Both the position numbers and the translations under genes were made by a program. The notes beneath the pieces are model-generated. The model did no database searches and was not told where the DNA came from. It saw only the letters and a program-made list of their open reading frames with translations. From the NCBI RefSeq assembly GCF_009914755.1, contig NC_060925.1: a stretch of DNA of 64,000 nucleotides; one strand, written 5' to 3'. Of this stretch, positions 11,547-28,610 are shown in pieces. This stretch comes from the human T2T-CHM13v2.0 reference genome, Homo sapiens. The first letter of the stretch is position 1. The number at the start of each line of letters is the position of its first letter.

Positions 11547-13972
11547 CAGGCTTCTCTTGGAGATATTGCAGGTTTGGTTCTAGACCATTGCAATAAAGTA
11601 AATATTGCATTAAAGCAAGTCACACAGATCTTTTGGTTTCCCAGTGCATGTAAAAGTTATGTTTATACTGTACCATAGTCTGTTAAGTGTGCAATAGCAT
11701 TATATCTTAAAAACCAATGTATATACCTTAATTTAAAAATACTTCATTGCTAAAAAGTGCTAACAATCATCTGAACCTCAGTAAGTTGTATTCTTTTTGC
11801 TGGTGGAGGGGCTTACCTTAATGTTGATCACTGCTGACTGATCAGAGTGGTGGTTGCTGAAGGTTGGGGCTGTGACAGTTTCTTGAAATAAGACATCAGT
11901 GAAGTTTCTGCATCGATAGACTCTTCCTTTCATAAAAGATGTATTTGTAGCTTGTAACGGTGTTTGATAGCTTCTTACACACAATAGAACTTTTCTCCAA
12001 ATTGGAGTCAGTCCTTTCAAACCCTGCTGCTGCTTTATCAACTAAGTTTATGTAGTACTCTATAATAGATCCTTTTGTTGTCATTTCAGCAGTGTTCACA
12101 GCATCTTCACTAGGAGTTGCTTCTTACGGATGAGCAAAGAAAGTGGTTTGCGCCTCAAGAAACCACTTTCTTTGCTCATCCATAAGGAGCAACTCCTTAT
12201 CTGTTAGTTTTATCATGAGATTGCAACAATTCTCACACCTTCAGTCTGTACTTCTAATTCTAGTTCTTTTGTTGTTTTCACCTCATCTGCAGTGACTTCC
12301 TCTACTGAAGTCTTCTACCCCTCAAAGTGATCCACTAGGGTTGGAATTAACTTCTTCCAAACTCCTGTTAATATTGTTATTTTGACCTCCCACGAATCAC
12401 AAAAGTTCTTAATAAGGCATCTAGAATGGTCAATCCTTTCTAGGTTTTCAGTTGACTTTTCACAGATCCATGAGAGGAATCACTATCTGTGGCAGCTATA
12501 GCCTTACAAAATGTGTTTCTTAAATAAGACCTGAAGGTTGAAATTACTCTTTGATCTATGGGATACAATGAAAATGTTAATCTCCATGTACATCTCCATC
12601 AGAGCCCTTGGATGACCAGGTGCATTGTCAATGCCCAGTAGTATTTTGAAAGGAATCTTTTTTTCTGAGCAGTAGGTCTCAATAGTGGGCTTCAAATAGT
12701 CAGTAAAACATGCTGTAAAGAGATGTGCCCTCATCCAGGCTTTGTTATTCCATTTATAGAGCAGATTCAATTAAACATAATTCTTAAGGGCCTTAGGATT
12801 TTCAGAATGGTAAATGAGCATTGGCTTCTGCTTAATGTCACCACTGCATAAGCCCCTAACAAGAGAACCAGCATGTCCTTCGAAGCTTTGAAGGCAGGCA
12901 TCAGCTTCTCCTCTCTAGCTGTGAAAGTCCTAAATGGCATCTGCTTCTGATAGAAGGCTGTTTCATTTGCATTGGAAATCTGTCGTTTAGGGTAGCCACT
13001 TTGATCAATTATCTTAGCTAGATCTTCTGGATAACTTGCTGCAGCTTCCACATCAGGACTTGCTGCTTTACCTTGTACTTTTATGTTACAGAAAGACAGC
13101 TTCTTTCCTTAAACTGCATGAACCAACCTCTGTTAGCTTCAGACTTTTATTCTACAGCTCCCTTACCTCTAACAGTTTTCATAGCTTTAAAGAGATTTAG
13201 CGCCTTGCTCTGGGTTAGGCTTTAGCTTAAGGGAATGTGATGACTGGTTTGATCTTCCTTCTAGACCACTCAGACTGTTTCCATATCAGTAATAAGGCTG
13301 TTTCGTTTTCTTATCATTCATATGTCCACTGGAGTAGCACTTTTCTAAAAGTTCCTTCCAGAACTTTTCCTTTGCATTTACAAATTTGCTAACTGTTTGG
13401 TGCAAGAGGCCTAGCTTTTGGCCTGTCTTGGCTTTCAACATGCTTTCCTCACTTAGCTTAATCGTTTCTAGCTTTTGATTTAAAGTGAAAGGCATATGAC
13501 TCTTCCCTTCACTTGAACACTTAGAGACCATTGTAGGGTTATTAACTGGCCTAATTTCAATATTATTGTTGTGTCTCAAGAAATTGGAAGGCTCGAGAGG
13601 GAGAGAGATGGGGAAACAGCTGGTCAGTGAAGCAGTCAGAATACACATAACATTTGTCAATTAAATTCAGAGTCTTATATGGATGCGGTTTGTGGCTCCC
13701 CAAAGCAATTACAATAGTAAGATCAAAGGTCTCTGATCACAGATCACCATAATAGGTAGGATAATAATGAATAAGTTTGAAATATGAGAATTACTGAAAT
13801 GTGACACAAACATAAAATGAGCACATGCTATTGGAAAAAATAGCACCAATAGTCTTATTCAATGCAGGGTTGCCACTAAATTTGTAAAAAACCACAGTAT
13901 CTGTGAAATTCAGTGAAGCAAAGTGCAATAAAATGAGGTACTATGTTTCAATTCTTTTGGGTAGTTCTCCTG
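11547..13972 (-). mobile_element. Tigger1 (TcMar-Tigger/pogo) DNA transposon, near full length (~2.4 kb), decayed transposase
   Basis: TA|CAGG...GGAGATATTGCAGGTTTGGTTCTAGACC at one end and GCAATAAAATGAGGTA..CCTG|TA at the other; minus-strand ORFs 13286..13660 (CENP-B-type HTH, LNQKLETIKLSEE), 12767..13051, 12504..12770 (DDE_1 segment [13 protein letters not shown]) and 11896..12099. Confidence 0.95.
12122..12188 (+). ncRNA. MIR1255B2: microRNA precursor mir-1255b-2 (5p CGGAUGAGCAAAGAAAGUGGUU at 12127-12148; 3p at 12161-12182), intronic, Tigger1-derived
   Basis: Near-perfect hairpin seen directly; 5p arm matches recalled miR-1255b-5p; the locus is recalled as lying in a DCAF6 intron. Confidence 0.9.
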
Positions 13973-14478
13973 TATACCCAAGAGAATTGAAACATGTTCC
14001 TACAGAAACTTGTACATATGCTTAATTCAGCATTATTCATAATAGCCAACAAGTGGAATAAGTTTGTTCGTCAACCAATTGACGAATGGATGAACAGAAT
14101 AGGGTATCTTGCTAAAATGGGGTATTATGAAAAATGAAGTACTGATACCTGCTACAATATGAATAAACCTTGAAAACATAATACTAAGTGAAAGAAACCA
14201 AACACGAAAGGCCATGTATTGTATGATTATTTATATGAAATGTTTAGAAAAGGCATATCCACAGAGACAGGAAGTAGATTAGTGGTTGCCAGGAGCTGAG
14301 CAGAGGGATGAGTGGGGAGTGGCTGATGATGGTTTGTTTCTGGGATGATGAAAACGGTCTGGAATTATATAATGATGACGGTTGTACCTCTTTATGAATA
14401 TACACCACTGAATTGTATAATTTAAAATTATGAATATTATGGTATGTGAATTATATTTCAATACAAAAATGTTTAAAA
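13973..14478 (+). mobile_element. Old L1 (L1MB-like) 3' end, right fragment
   Basis: Resumes at tatacccaagagaattgaaacat; attcataatagcc, aaaccttgaaaacataatactaagtgaaagaaacca and agattagtggttgccagg; ends gtgaattatatttcaata. Confidence 0.85.
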
Positions 14479-14479
14479 T

Positions 14480-14764
<285 letters not shown>

Positions 14765-15943
14765 GTTAAAAATGTAAACATTAAAGGGAGCGGTCAAGAG
14801 TGATAGGTGCCATAAACATGTCAAATAAGCTCTGAAAGATGCTGTTTGAGTTGGCAATTGATTATTGATCATATTATTGAACACTTTATAATTGATCAGT
14901 GAACTTGGCAATTGATCATTCACTGGTGACTGGTGAGAATGAAGTTAGTGGAAAGATAGGAAATCAATGGAAAGATTGACTACAGTGGATTGAAGGAGGA
15001 GTGGTAGATTGAATATAGAATTTTCTCAAGAAGCTTAAGTAAAGTGATAGCAAGAGAAAGGACTGTAGCTGTAAAACTGAGATTTTATGAAGTTGAAATA
15101 TTGTTTTTTTTCTTAAAAATGATAAGAACCTTTAGCATGCTGTGGCAAAGAGCCAAGAGAGAGAAAATGGATGTAGGTATAGAGAAGAGAGAATAATTGG
15201 TCAAGCAAGATACTCAAGGAGTTGAAGGAATGAAATAAAAAGCACAGATGGAGAAATTAGGCTTAAATAGAATAAATGATACACCCTTCAAGAAAGGCTG
15301 GAAGGAGTTAGAAAGTTGTAGATGTAGATTTAATTTATAGAATTCAGCTGAAGAAAATGATGTTATTTTTATTTTCTCTGAAGTAGGAGGAAAAATTGTT
15401 AAGAGGGCAAGAATGAGGGCAGCAGGATGGAATAGATAGCCTGAGGCAAGTCATAAAGGGTCGCAATAGATTCTGTTTGGGAACCGAAGAGTAAATTGTC
15501 AATAATGAGTAAATTGTCAATAATAAATAAAAATAATGATGGTTCCCATTGTTAATTAGGTATGTGGGTAATTTAACTAGACTATATTTATCATCACAAT
15601 AGAAAACTAAGGCTCAAGATGGTTAAAAATATCTTCCTTTTGTCAGCTGGAAGGTGATACAGGTGGGATTAGAAATCACATATACATGATTTCAAAGTTG
15701 CATTCAGGCTCTTTAGGTTGAAGATATTAGATATAGGCTGTCAACATCAGTGGATATTTATCCTCAGAATGAATGCTTTAAAAGACTGACGCTTATACCA
15801 GTGTCTTTCATATTTTCATGTAGATCTAATTTGCATACTCAAGAAGTAGGGAGATGGAAATAAATAGACATAAAGTATGCTTTAAGAGTTGAGAGTAGAT
15901 GAGTTTTAGACTTACATAGAATTTACCCGTTCTTATTTTTTAG

Positions 15944-16078
<135 letters not shown>

Positions 16079-17291
16079 TAAAATTAATATTTTAACTTCC
16101 AGTTTCTTCACTATTATAAATTATTCTGTAATGAACATTCTTATACATATAGGTATACTTATGCAAATATATCTTAGGATAAATTCTTAGAAGTGGAATG
16201 GCTGAGTCACTGGATAAGTACCTTTTAATTTTGGTAGTTGTTATCAAATTAGTCTCCAAAAAAGATGTGCTAATTTACATTCCCACTGAAAGTATAAGAA
16301 TGCCCATTACCCCATAGTACGTTGGGTATTGTCAGACTTTGCAGTTTTTGCCTTTCTATTAGATATTAAGAGAAATGAAAACTCAGCCCAAGGGTTTTAT
16401 ATTAGCACATAAAATGTTTTCTATCAAGTGCCTTTGATAAGCATAAGAATCAACCCTGGGAGCTTTAAGATAGCACACTTGAAAATAGAATTAATCTATG
16501 AATTATAATTCTATATTATTATGTTTTATTAAATTGGTCTGTAACCAAAATCTTACTATAATGACTTCTGAAACATCTCTTGTGATCAAAAGCATATTCC
16601 CCAATATATGAGCTACATTATATAAAGGCAATAAAGTGTAAAAGAAACTCTGATTTCACAGAAAATGTAAGAAGAACCGATTTTCATTTTAAATTATAAG
16701 ACTATAGAATAGAGTTGTCACATTTTGAATTTGACATTACACTTTTAATTTGAAAATACCCTTGGAAAAACTTGTTTACTTGCAGGAGGAAAAGGAGTGA
16801 GGGAAGAGACAAAATACTTTCTGGTTCCAGTTAATTTCAAATATCTGAAATTTGCTTACAGTAAATGATGTTGAAAATAAATTGACTTTAAGGAAACTTC
16901 ATGCAAAAGCATAAGGCTATTTTGTGTCTGTACTTGATTATAATGCTTTAGGGAGAGGGAAAACCTTTCTTTTAATCTATTAAACTTAGAATTCATGAGC
17001 CTTTCTTGGCTGGGTACTCTTAGAACTAAAAATTTAGGTTGAGGTAGGAAGTGGGAGGTTTAGTGGTACCTAAGAATAGGCAAAGATGAAGGAGAGGTGA
17101 GCCCTGTTCTCAAGAAACCTTACCATACACATGGAAAGTCACTGATATAAACAATTACTATAAAATGTGATGAGAGCTCTAATAGATTTATATACATTCA
17201 TACAATTTATTTAGGAAATTTGATTTTTAAAAATATGCTTTCATTTTAAAGCCCTTCAAATCTAGGTTTTTGTATTAATGAAAGATTCTGA

Positions 17292-17459
<168 letters not shown>

Positions 17460-17969
17460 TAATGTTAATTAAAGTCATCAGAAAGCTGGCAAAAACTACT
17501 TATTGAAGCCAGTTTTTATTTCTATCATGTAAATTATACCATGTTTTACATCTGTAATAATCACAAGGTTCTTATTGTGTGGTGTGAAGTAGTAGAGAAT
17601 AAAAGATATTGGATATAATTTGTCCCTTCTGGTGCCATTGGACCTAGTGCGTATCTTTTGCTTTTCTCAAAGTAAAGTAGAAGAATCTGAGGTTTCCTAT
17701 TTTAAGCCTTTTTTTAATGCACTCTGAGAATGGAAATATATAAAATTCTGTGTATAAACAAGTTTTATGTAATAGGAAAGATTGATTGCTTTAACAAGAA
17801 TATGTTGTAGATAAGTTTTTATCCCTCTTGACTGGCCTATTTTGTCAAATGGGCCAAATCACCAGTAGTTATTATCACTGAAATTATATATTTGTGTGTG
17901 TAAATATAAATGTGTTTTCTGAGCATATCTGTTTAGAGTTGTTGGTTTTAGAAAATATTTAAAATTTGA

Positions 17970-18332
<363 letters not shown>

Positions 18333-20479
18333 TAAATCACATCAACTTCTTGTTGGAATAAATGATCAAAATGACATGTAATATATGGTTATGTAACTTA
18401 AACACAAAAATTAATTATGTCTTACTTGCATGAATTTTAACAAATAGCAGGAATCTTCAATTTATATAAAACAATTGTTTTAAAAGTACAAGTACCAAAA
18501 GATAGTGTTTTGACATAGTTTAATGTGCCTGACTTAAATATTATTTTATAGATTATTAGAGACCAAAATATCTTTCTAGATTTATTTGGTTTTATGTCTA
18601 TATTAAAGTGATTATGAAAATATCAGTATTAGTTTCACTTTGCTTATATTCTTGATTATTTCCCTCAAATAATGCAGTACTTTTAATATACTCTCTATGG
18701 TGGATTTGATATGGTCTTTTGTCAACAACATATAATTTACCAAAAAATTTGTTTCTCTAGTATTTACATGAAAAAGAATTATTTTACCAAATGCTTATCT
18801 TCTTGATACTTGATGCTAGTGAAAATAACCTCTACGTTCTGTTAAAATGCTATTTTTTTCTCAGTATTATAAGTCTTTATGGTCAACTTTTTTCCCCTAA
18901 CTATGGAATGTGCTAGTATTTATAATAGTAATTTTCAGCAGATGTATCTACAGTTTACTCGGTACTTTAAACTATATACATGTAATTATAAAAACCAATA
19001 AGATATTTATTCATAGTTTTCTTTGGTTCTTCTAAGGAAGAATTTTACTCAATATAGAGCCAGAATTATTAGCAACTAGAAATATAGCTGGCAGGCCTAA
19101 GCTGAAACCTATAAAAAAATTTCTAACAGCTTAGCTGCCAAGCTGTCACTTTATTCTTACATCTCTGGAAACTGATGCCAGATTACCAAATATGGGATGT
19201 TTTAATTTAAGCACTCTTTTATCAGTATATACCACTTTTAGTAATTCATTTTCAGTTTCTATGGGAATAAAAGCCAGAGTCAGTTACATAACTGTTAACA
19301 CTGTATACATTTTATCCATAATAATAAGCTAAAGCTGAGCTACAGAATCAAGGTTTTCACACTCAGTTGACATAGCATTTTAATTTATGGAAAAATAAAA
19401 TATTTTGGAAGATTTGGGAATTAAAAGCAGAAGTAGTTAAAAGTTTGTTTTTCAAAGCAGGTAAAATTGGGAAAAGCAAGAATTTTTAAAGTGATATTCT
19501 TGAACATATTGATCAATTATAAGTTTTTAGGAAAACTTAGCAAGAAGACTCTAGCTTACATTCAGCTTCCACTGAATCTCAACTAATTCTAGTTGTTTCT
19601 TAAATATATTTATGAGTAAAGTATTTGGAACTTTATTTTTTAAAGCTATCTAATGCATTTTAATTACTGCATTTCAAATTGCTAAATTCCTTTCAATATT
19701 TAATGTAAGTATTAAATGTGACAATCATTTGAATTATTGAAGAAGAAAAAATATCTTTGGTGGTCATGTGATGATTATTGAAACATTATGCAGTACTTTT
19801 ACTCATAAATTATTTATAGGAAGTAAGGAAATATTTTTAACTGGGAGATTATTGAGAGAATTTTGGTTGACTAAGCTATAGATAATTAGAATATTTCCAT
19901 GTTATCAAGACATTATCACTATTGAGAAAAATGATTTGGTGTTAGATGTAACATCTGAAGGTTATGACTGTAGTTGTTCTGATAACAGCTTTTTCATTAT
20001 TCTGGAGTTCAACGTTTCAGGAGTAAGGACTTAATTTGTTTCTGTTTTTGTTTTTTGTCCAATCTCTTTTGCATTTGCCATAGCCTAAGTCCAAATGTGT
20101 TTGTGAATATTGGGAATTGTCCATTGGGTGAATGTAGTAGATGGAAATGTCAGCTTAGGACCATGATTTCTATTATTTCCCTGCATAGAGATAGAGAAAA
20201 TGATAAAGTATACTTCTGTCTATGCTTGCCTTGCTGTGGATACCTTTTTATGTAAATGTTTATCCCTTTACATGTCCTCCCTCATTTTTACTGATATCAA
20301 AGAAACGGACAATGGGAATATGAAAATTTGCTACGCTCCATCTCTGGTTGAACCTAATTGTCTGCCTTCTCTTAGTCTACAGTGGAATCACTGAATGATA
20401 ATGAAGAAAGTTATGACCACAAATTTCAATGGGTGCTCAACACTGTGCATCAGAGCAGCCTCACACTGTTGCTCTCCAG

Positions 20480-22760
<2,281 letters not shown>

Positions 22761-22761
22761 A

Positions 22762-23083
22762 TTTTCTTTTCTTTCTCTTCTCTTCTCTTCTTCTTTCCTT
22801 CCTTCCTCCCTTCCTTCCTTCCTTCCTTCCTTCCTTCCTTCCTTCCTTCCTTTCTTTCTTTCTTTCTCTCTCTCTCTTTTGTTTCTTTCTGTCTCTCTCT
22901 CTTTCTTTCTTTCTGTCTCTCTCTCTTCCTTCCTTCCTCCCTCCCTCCCTTCCTTCACTTCTTCCCTCCCTTCCTTCCTTCCTTCTTTCCTCCATCCCTT
23001 CTTTCCTTCTCCTCTTTCTCCTTTTTCTCCTTTCCCATCTTTCTCTCTTTCCTGTCTTTTCTTTTCTTTCCCTCTTTCCTTCT
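22762..23083. repeat. Compound (CCTT)n/(CTTT)n/(CT)n polypyrimidine microsatellite, ~320 nt
   Basis: Seen directly; source of the K/E/R-rich and F/L/S/P-rich spurious ORFs. Confidence 0.95.
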
Positions 23084-24578
23084 TACACTTTGTTCTTAGT
23101 GTTATTCTCTGTATGCTTGGGAAGCCCTTGTCCTGGCTTATCACTTGGCCAACTTCCTTTTCCTTGAGTCTCAGCTCAAATGCCATATAAGACAAGTCTT
23201 TCATAACTACCCTAGGTAAAGTCCTCTTTCCTTTTTCTTCTTGCTGAAATTTTATTCTCTTCTATATAACCCTGTTTATTTTGTGAAAAGCAATTATAAA
23301 AATTTATAATTTTCTTTTACTATGATAAGCTCTCTTGAAGACAGGATATTGTCTATCTTGTTGTCTCTGAGTAAGCATCTTTTTTCCCCAACAATATTCA
23401 CCCTCTAAAGATACGATTAAAAGTGTGATGAGACATTTTGTTATCTTTAAGCTGATATAGACTAGATAGGGTATATTTAGCTTTATTTTAGTCTTTAGAT
23501 TATACTTTTAGCCCCAGTCATTTACTCTGGCTGTTTCCATTAAGTTTCCAAAATTTGGTAACACCTAGAAGAGAGATGCTGTGATTAGCTGTCTAACCAT
23601 TTATCATTTTGGATCCATTGTTTGCCTTTGACTGTCTAGACCACATAGGACTGAGTAGATAATTGTTCTTAGGTTGTTCTGAAGACATTTTAAGGTAACT
23701 TACAGAAATACTTTAAAAAATTGTCTCATTATATATATATATATTTGTTTGTGCTTTTTCACTCATGTATATATGGGTGAATATGGGTATGAAAATAATT
23801 AATTGAAGCAGTGAGTGAGTTGAATACGCAAAATGAATGCCCTGAAGAATGGTAAATCTAGAGGGGTCACAGTGTTGGCTTTGGAGTTTTGTAGCTAAAT
23901 TAGGAAGGTAAGTAGACTGAAATGGAATTTAAAATCAGTTGATGGATTTTTTTTTTTGCTTTACCCTTTGTATTCTTGAATTTTATTTTAATTCATATGT
24001 CAGACCATTTGAAACCACGTTCTATATACCTCGCCCAGAATTTGAAGATATTTTGATTTTTATATATCTTCTTTTCTTGAACATTTAACAAAAGACTGCT
24101 TTTTAAAATGTGATTATAAAATTATATGTTTAAAAATGAGAAAGATACGACCATGAGCTAAAACTGTATAGGTTAAAATGAAATCTTCATAATTTTATTT
24201 ATAAAAAATATTTCAAAATAACTATGAATATTTTCTTCTCAGTAAGGCCTATCAGACATCTCTTTCAGTTATTTCTTAAGTTAAGCCTAGAAATGTTTTC
24301 ATTTAGTTCATGATTTGTAAATTATTCTCATGTTAAGAATCTTTTCATAATGAAAGAGTATTAAATGAGGCATTTTTCCAAGTGTGCTATTTAATTTTTT
24401 TCTTTGGTTTCATTTTAACCTATTTAAAGAATATGATTTAGAGAAGCTGGTAACTTTGAAGTGGATGGGGATATCAGTATATATAAAATTCACCTTTAGG
24501 GCTCATATTGAGAAGTGAATCACTTAAAGCTTCCCTGCCCTGTGTTTTTAATTAAATAGACTACTCAGACCATCAGAA

Positions 24579-24882
24579 TTTTTTTTTTTTTTTTTTTTTT
24601 TTGAGATGGAGTCTTGCTCTGTCACCAGGCTGGAGTGCAGTGGCGCGACCTCGGCTCACTGCAACCTCTGCCCCCGGGTTCAAGTGATTCCCCTGCCTCA
24701 GCCTCCTGAGTAACTGGGACTACAGGCACATGCCACCATGTCTGGCTAATTTTTTTTGTATTTTAGTGGAGATGGGATTTCACCATGTTGGCCAGGATGG
24801 TCTTGATCTCCTGAGCTCGTGATCCACCCGCCTTGGCCTCCCAAAATGCTGGGATTACAGGCGTGAGCCACTGCGCCCGACC
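24579..24882 (-). mobile_element. Alu (AluSc-like)
   Basis: tgtcaccaggctgg and ggccaggatggtcttgatc; TSD cagaatttttt. Confidence 0.92.
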
Positions 24883-25161
24883 CAGAATTTTTTAAAGATA
24901 GCATATGATGTGGTCTGTGTGTGGATTCTTGCTTATTTAGTCATAAACAGGAATTACAAATTTATTTTGGCCTATGTAGAATTATTATAGCTAAATTGAG
25001 CTTTGTAGAAAAATTGCTGGAGAAGAACTCTGTTGTGCACCATATCAAAGCAAACCTTTCAAAGCCCCAAATCCAAATTATAGCTTCCTTAAATGGGATA
25101 AAGGTCTAGTCTAGTCTAGTCAGATAGATATAGGCCATTTATAGGTTAGAAACAAGTGGAG

Positions 25162-25579
<418 letters not shown>

Positions 25580-26979
25580 TCATTACCAGGACAAGAAATA
25601 AGTTGGGACTAGAAGACAGATTTATAGCAGGCAGATAAAGTGCCACCAAATTAGATATAAAAATGATCCAGAGTCCAGGACAAAAATACTGTATGTATTG
25701 TAGAGGCAGGATGTGAGGTTAGAACCAGGTGGACCTTTGTTGCGTCAACTGTAGCTGTTTTTGTTGTTCTTCTGTCTCACTGGAATTAAGTCATTAGGAG
25801 AATAACCTGTAATCTTTCAGAAGAAAACAAGAATAGGGTTTGTAGTTTGAGGAGATGACAAAGTACAATTTTCCTGTGGCAGTTTATAATACCTTGTTGA
25901 ATTTTTATCATCGTTGTTTTTAAAATTCAACCCAAGGTATTTATTGTATTCAATTTTCAGTTTGGGTCATGTTGACAAAAGCTAATTCTCCAAGCATTTA
26001 TCTACATTTATAAATTATGTATGTTTGTGATATCTTTTTAAAGGATGTAATATGTGTGTATGTTGACTGCTTTAAAATTTCAAGCTGCTAGCAGAACTGT
26101 TATTTAGTCTGTTATGTCTGGTTGAATTTTTTAATTCAATACTTGCTTTTCCTAGTTAACAGCTATGTGGTGACTTCTCTTCTGAGCCTGATTTTGTTTT
26201 TAATCCAAGGAGAAAAAAGCCACCATACAAGCAGCTTTCAAAGCAGATAAATTCTTATTTAAAAAGCACCGGAAATATTGAATAAATGGTTCATAAGATT
26301 ATCACAACTAAATCTTGATTTTTTTCAAGTTTTAGAGCATCACTACATGTACTGAGATCTTGCTGTTTGCCACTTCACCAAGTGGGTTCTGGGATGGAGA
26401 TTTATGTCTTCATAAAACATTTGGTAACTCAATAGAGAGGGTTGACACTCCAATGAAATTGATGGTATTTTTCTGCTTTTTTAGCAAAATTTGACATATA
26501 TGGCCTCTCTCATAGATTTCTTTTGAAGTGTGAAGTGACAAACTTTATGGCTGTATAATAATGCTTTATTTTATATTGCTAAAAGCATTACTATTATGCT
26601 GACTATAAATAAGGTGTCTGTACCTACCTGAAAAGAAAGCAGTATGCCACTGAGCATCACCATTTGTTTGTCAATGAATACTACCCTATTGGTACTGGAT
26701 CATTTTCTAGGAAGAACTAACAGTGAGTGAGTATGATGTTATGAGTTATTAAATCTTAACTACCAATTGGGTAATTGAATAAAATGCTTTATAAATAGAA
26801 ACCATCGTAACAAGAAATTAGTACCTGGCGTTATTGATTTCTGAAACAGTAAACCAAATTTTTTACTCTTAGTATCTGGAGAGGCTGAAAGTTTATTTGG
26901 TAGTTTGTATAATTTCATGCTAGTGTCAGAAATTCTCTATGCTCCTACCACCAAATCTCACTATTGACATCTCTGTGCA

Positions 26980-28610
26980 TATTTTCTGCCTCCCTTTGAT
27001 TATAATTAATGAGGTTTTTATGCACCTATTCAAAACCAATTCCTCCTCTGATACACTGGAACTTATCTCCTTTAGTTTACTCAGGGACATCATTCCTGTG
27101 GTTTTCCGCTTTTTTTTAAGCATCATCTTTCTCTCTCCTTCAGTTAAACATTCTCCATCAGAATACAGACGTGTGTATTAGCTCCCAAACTAAAACCACA
27201 AACTTCTCTTGATTATTATTATTATTATTTTTTGGTGGGTCTTCCTCTGTTGCCCGGGCTGGAGTGCAATGGTGCAGTCGTGGCTTACTGCAGCCTTGAC
27301 CTCCCTGGCTCAAGTGATCCTCCTACCTCAGCCTCCCGAGGGGCCACAAGTGTGCATCACCATGCCTGGCTAATTTTGATTTTTTGTGGAAACAGGATCT
27401 CACTGTGTTGCCCAGGCTGGTTTCAAACTCCTGAGCTCAAAGTGATACTCTCGCCTTGGTCTCCCAAAGTGCTGGGATTACAGGTGTGAGTCACGGTGCC
27501 CTTCCTGCCTTCCCTTGATTCTTTATAACCCTGACAATGATTATCCAATTTATCTGTTCTCCACTAATAGCAAGAGTTGTACAAAGAATATATATACTTT
27601 GTGTCTCTACTTCATCACCTCCCCTTTCTCTTAAACCTGCTGCTATCAGATTTTGGTCCTTATTATTTAACTAAAATAGCTCTTGTCGAGGTCATCAATG
27701 ACTTCCATCATACAAAATCCAGTGATTAGCCCTTAGTATCTCTTTTAGTATACTAGCAGCATTTCACACAACTGCTTACTCCATCCTTTTTGATACAATT
27801 TCACGACTTAGCCTACAGAGCTCTGATCATTCAGTTCTCCAGCTCTCTCTCTGGCTTTTCCTTCTTACTCTTTCTAGAGGTTCTTTTTCCTCTTAAACAT
27901 TTGACTGCCTCAAGATTCAGTTCTTAGACCTCTTCTGTGTCATCCCTTACTCTTTAGGGGACTTAAAATGACATCCAAATTTATATCTCTGAATTGTAGA
28001 CTTTTGTATTCAGTCCCTACCTAATTTCTCCACTTGGATGTCTATTCATTCTTTCCCCCAACACTACTTGTTTCTCCATTGTTCCCTGCCGTAATAAATT
28101 GGTTACTTGTTTTTCCCGTTACCTAGGCCAAAAACTTTGGGATCACTCTGCATCCAAACTATCAGCAAATTCTACTGCTTTTACCTTTAAAATGTATTGC
28201 ACATTCCTATATGCTTTCCCCTTGAGTATTTGCACTTGCTCTTTTCTCCACCTGGAACACTCTTCCTCCAGGTATCCATGTGGTTTACTCGCTTATTTCC
28301 TCGAGGTGTTTGTTCAAGTGGTGCCTTATGAGAGAAGCTTTCCTGAGTTGCCATATATAAAATAACCCTTGCCCTGTCATCATTATTCACTATCCCCTTT
28401 ACCTTACCCTGCCAATTTAATTCATAGCAGTTATCCCCACGTGACACAAACACATATGTTCAACATCATGTGTGCCTGTGTATTCGCAAATGTCTTTTTC
28501 TCTCAGAACATTAACTCCACAAGAATAAGGACTGTTTTGTTCAATATTTTATTTATCCCTAGAGCCTAAAACAATGCCTCATACATAGAAGACATTCAGT
28601 AAATATCTCT
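26980..28610 (+). mobile_element. L2 relic (interrupted by an Alu), approximate bounds
   Basis: gctcttgtcgaggtcatcaatgacttcc, ctccacttggatgtct, cctggaacactcttcc; 3' end aatgcctcatacatagaagacattcagtaaatat. Confidence 0.65.
27213..27506 (-). mobile_element. Alu (AluJ-like), (TTA)n tail
   Basis: ctgcagccttgacctccctggctcaagtgatcctcc. Confidence 0.88.

Noticed and set aside
11778-13660. Possible domesticated transposase (TIGD1-like gene)
   Set aside because: The transposase is split over at least four ORFs by frameshifts and stops; it is an ordinary decayed Tigger1 copy
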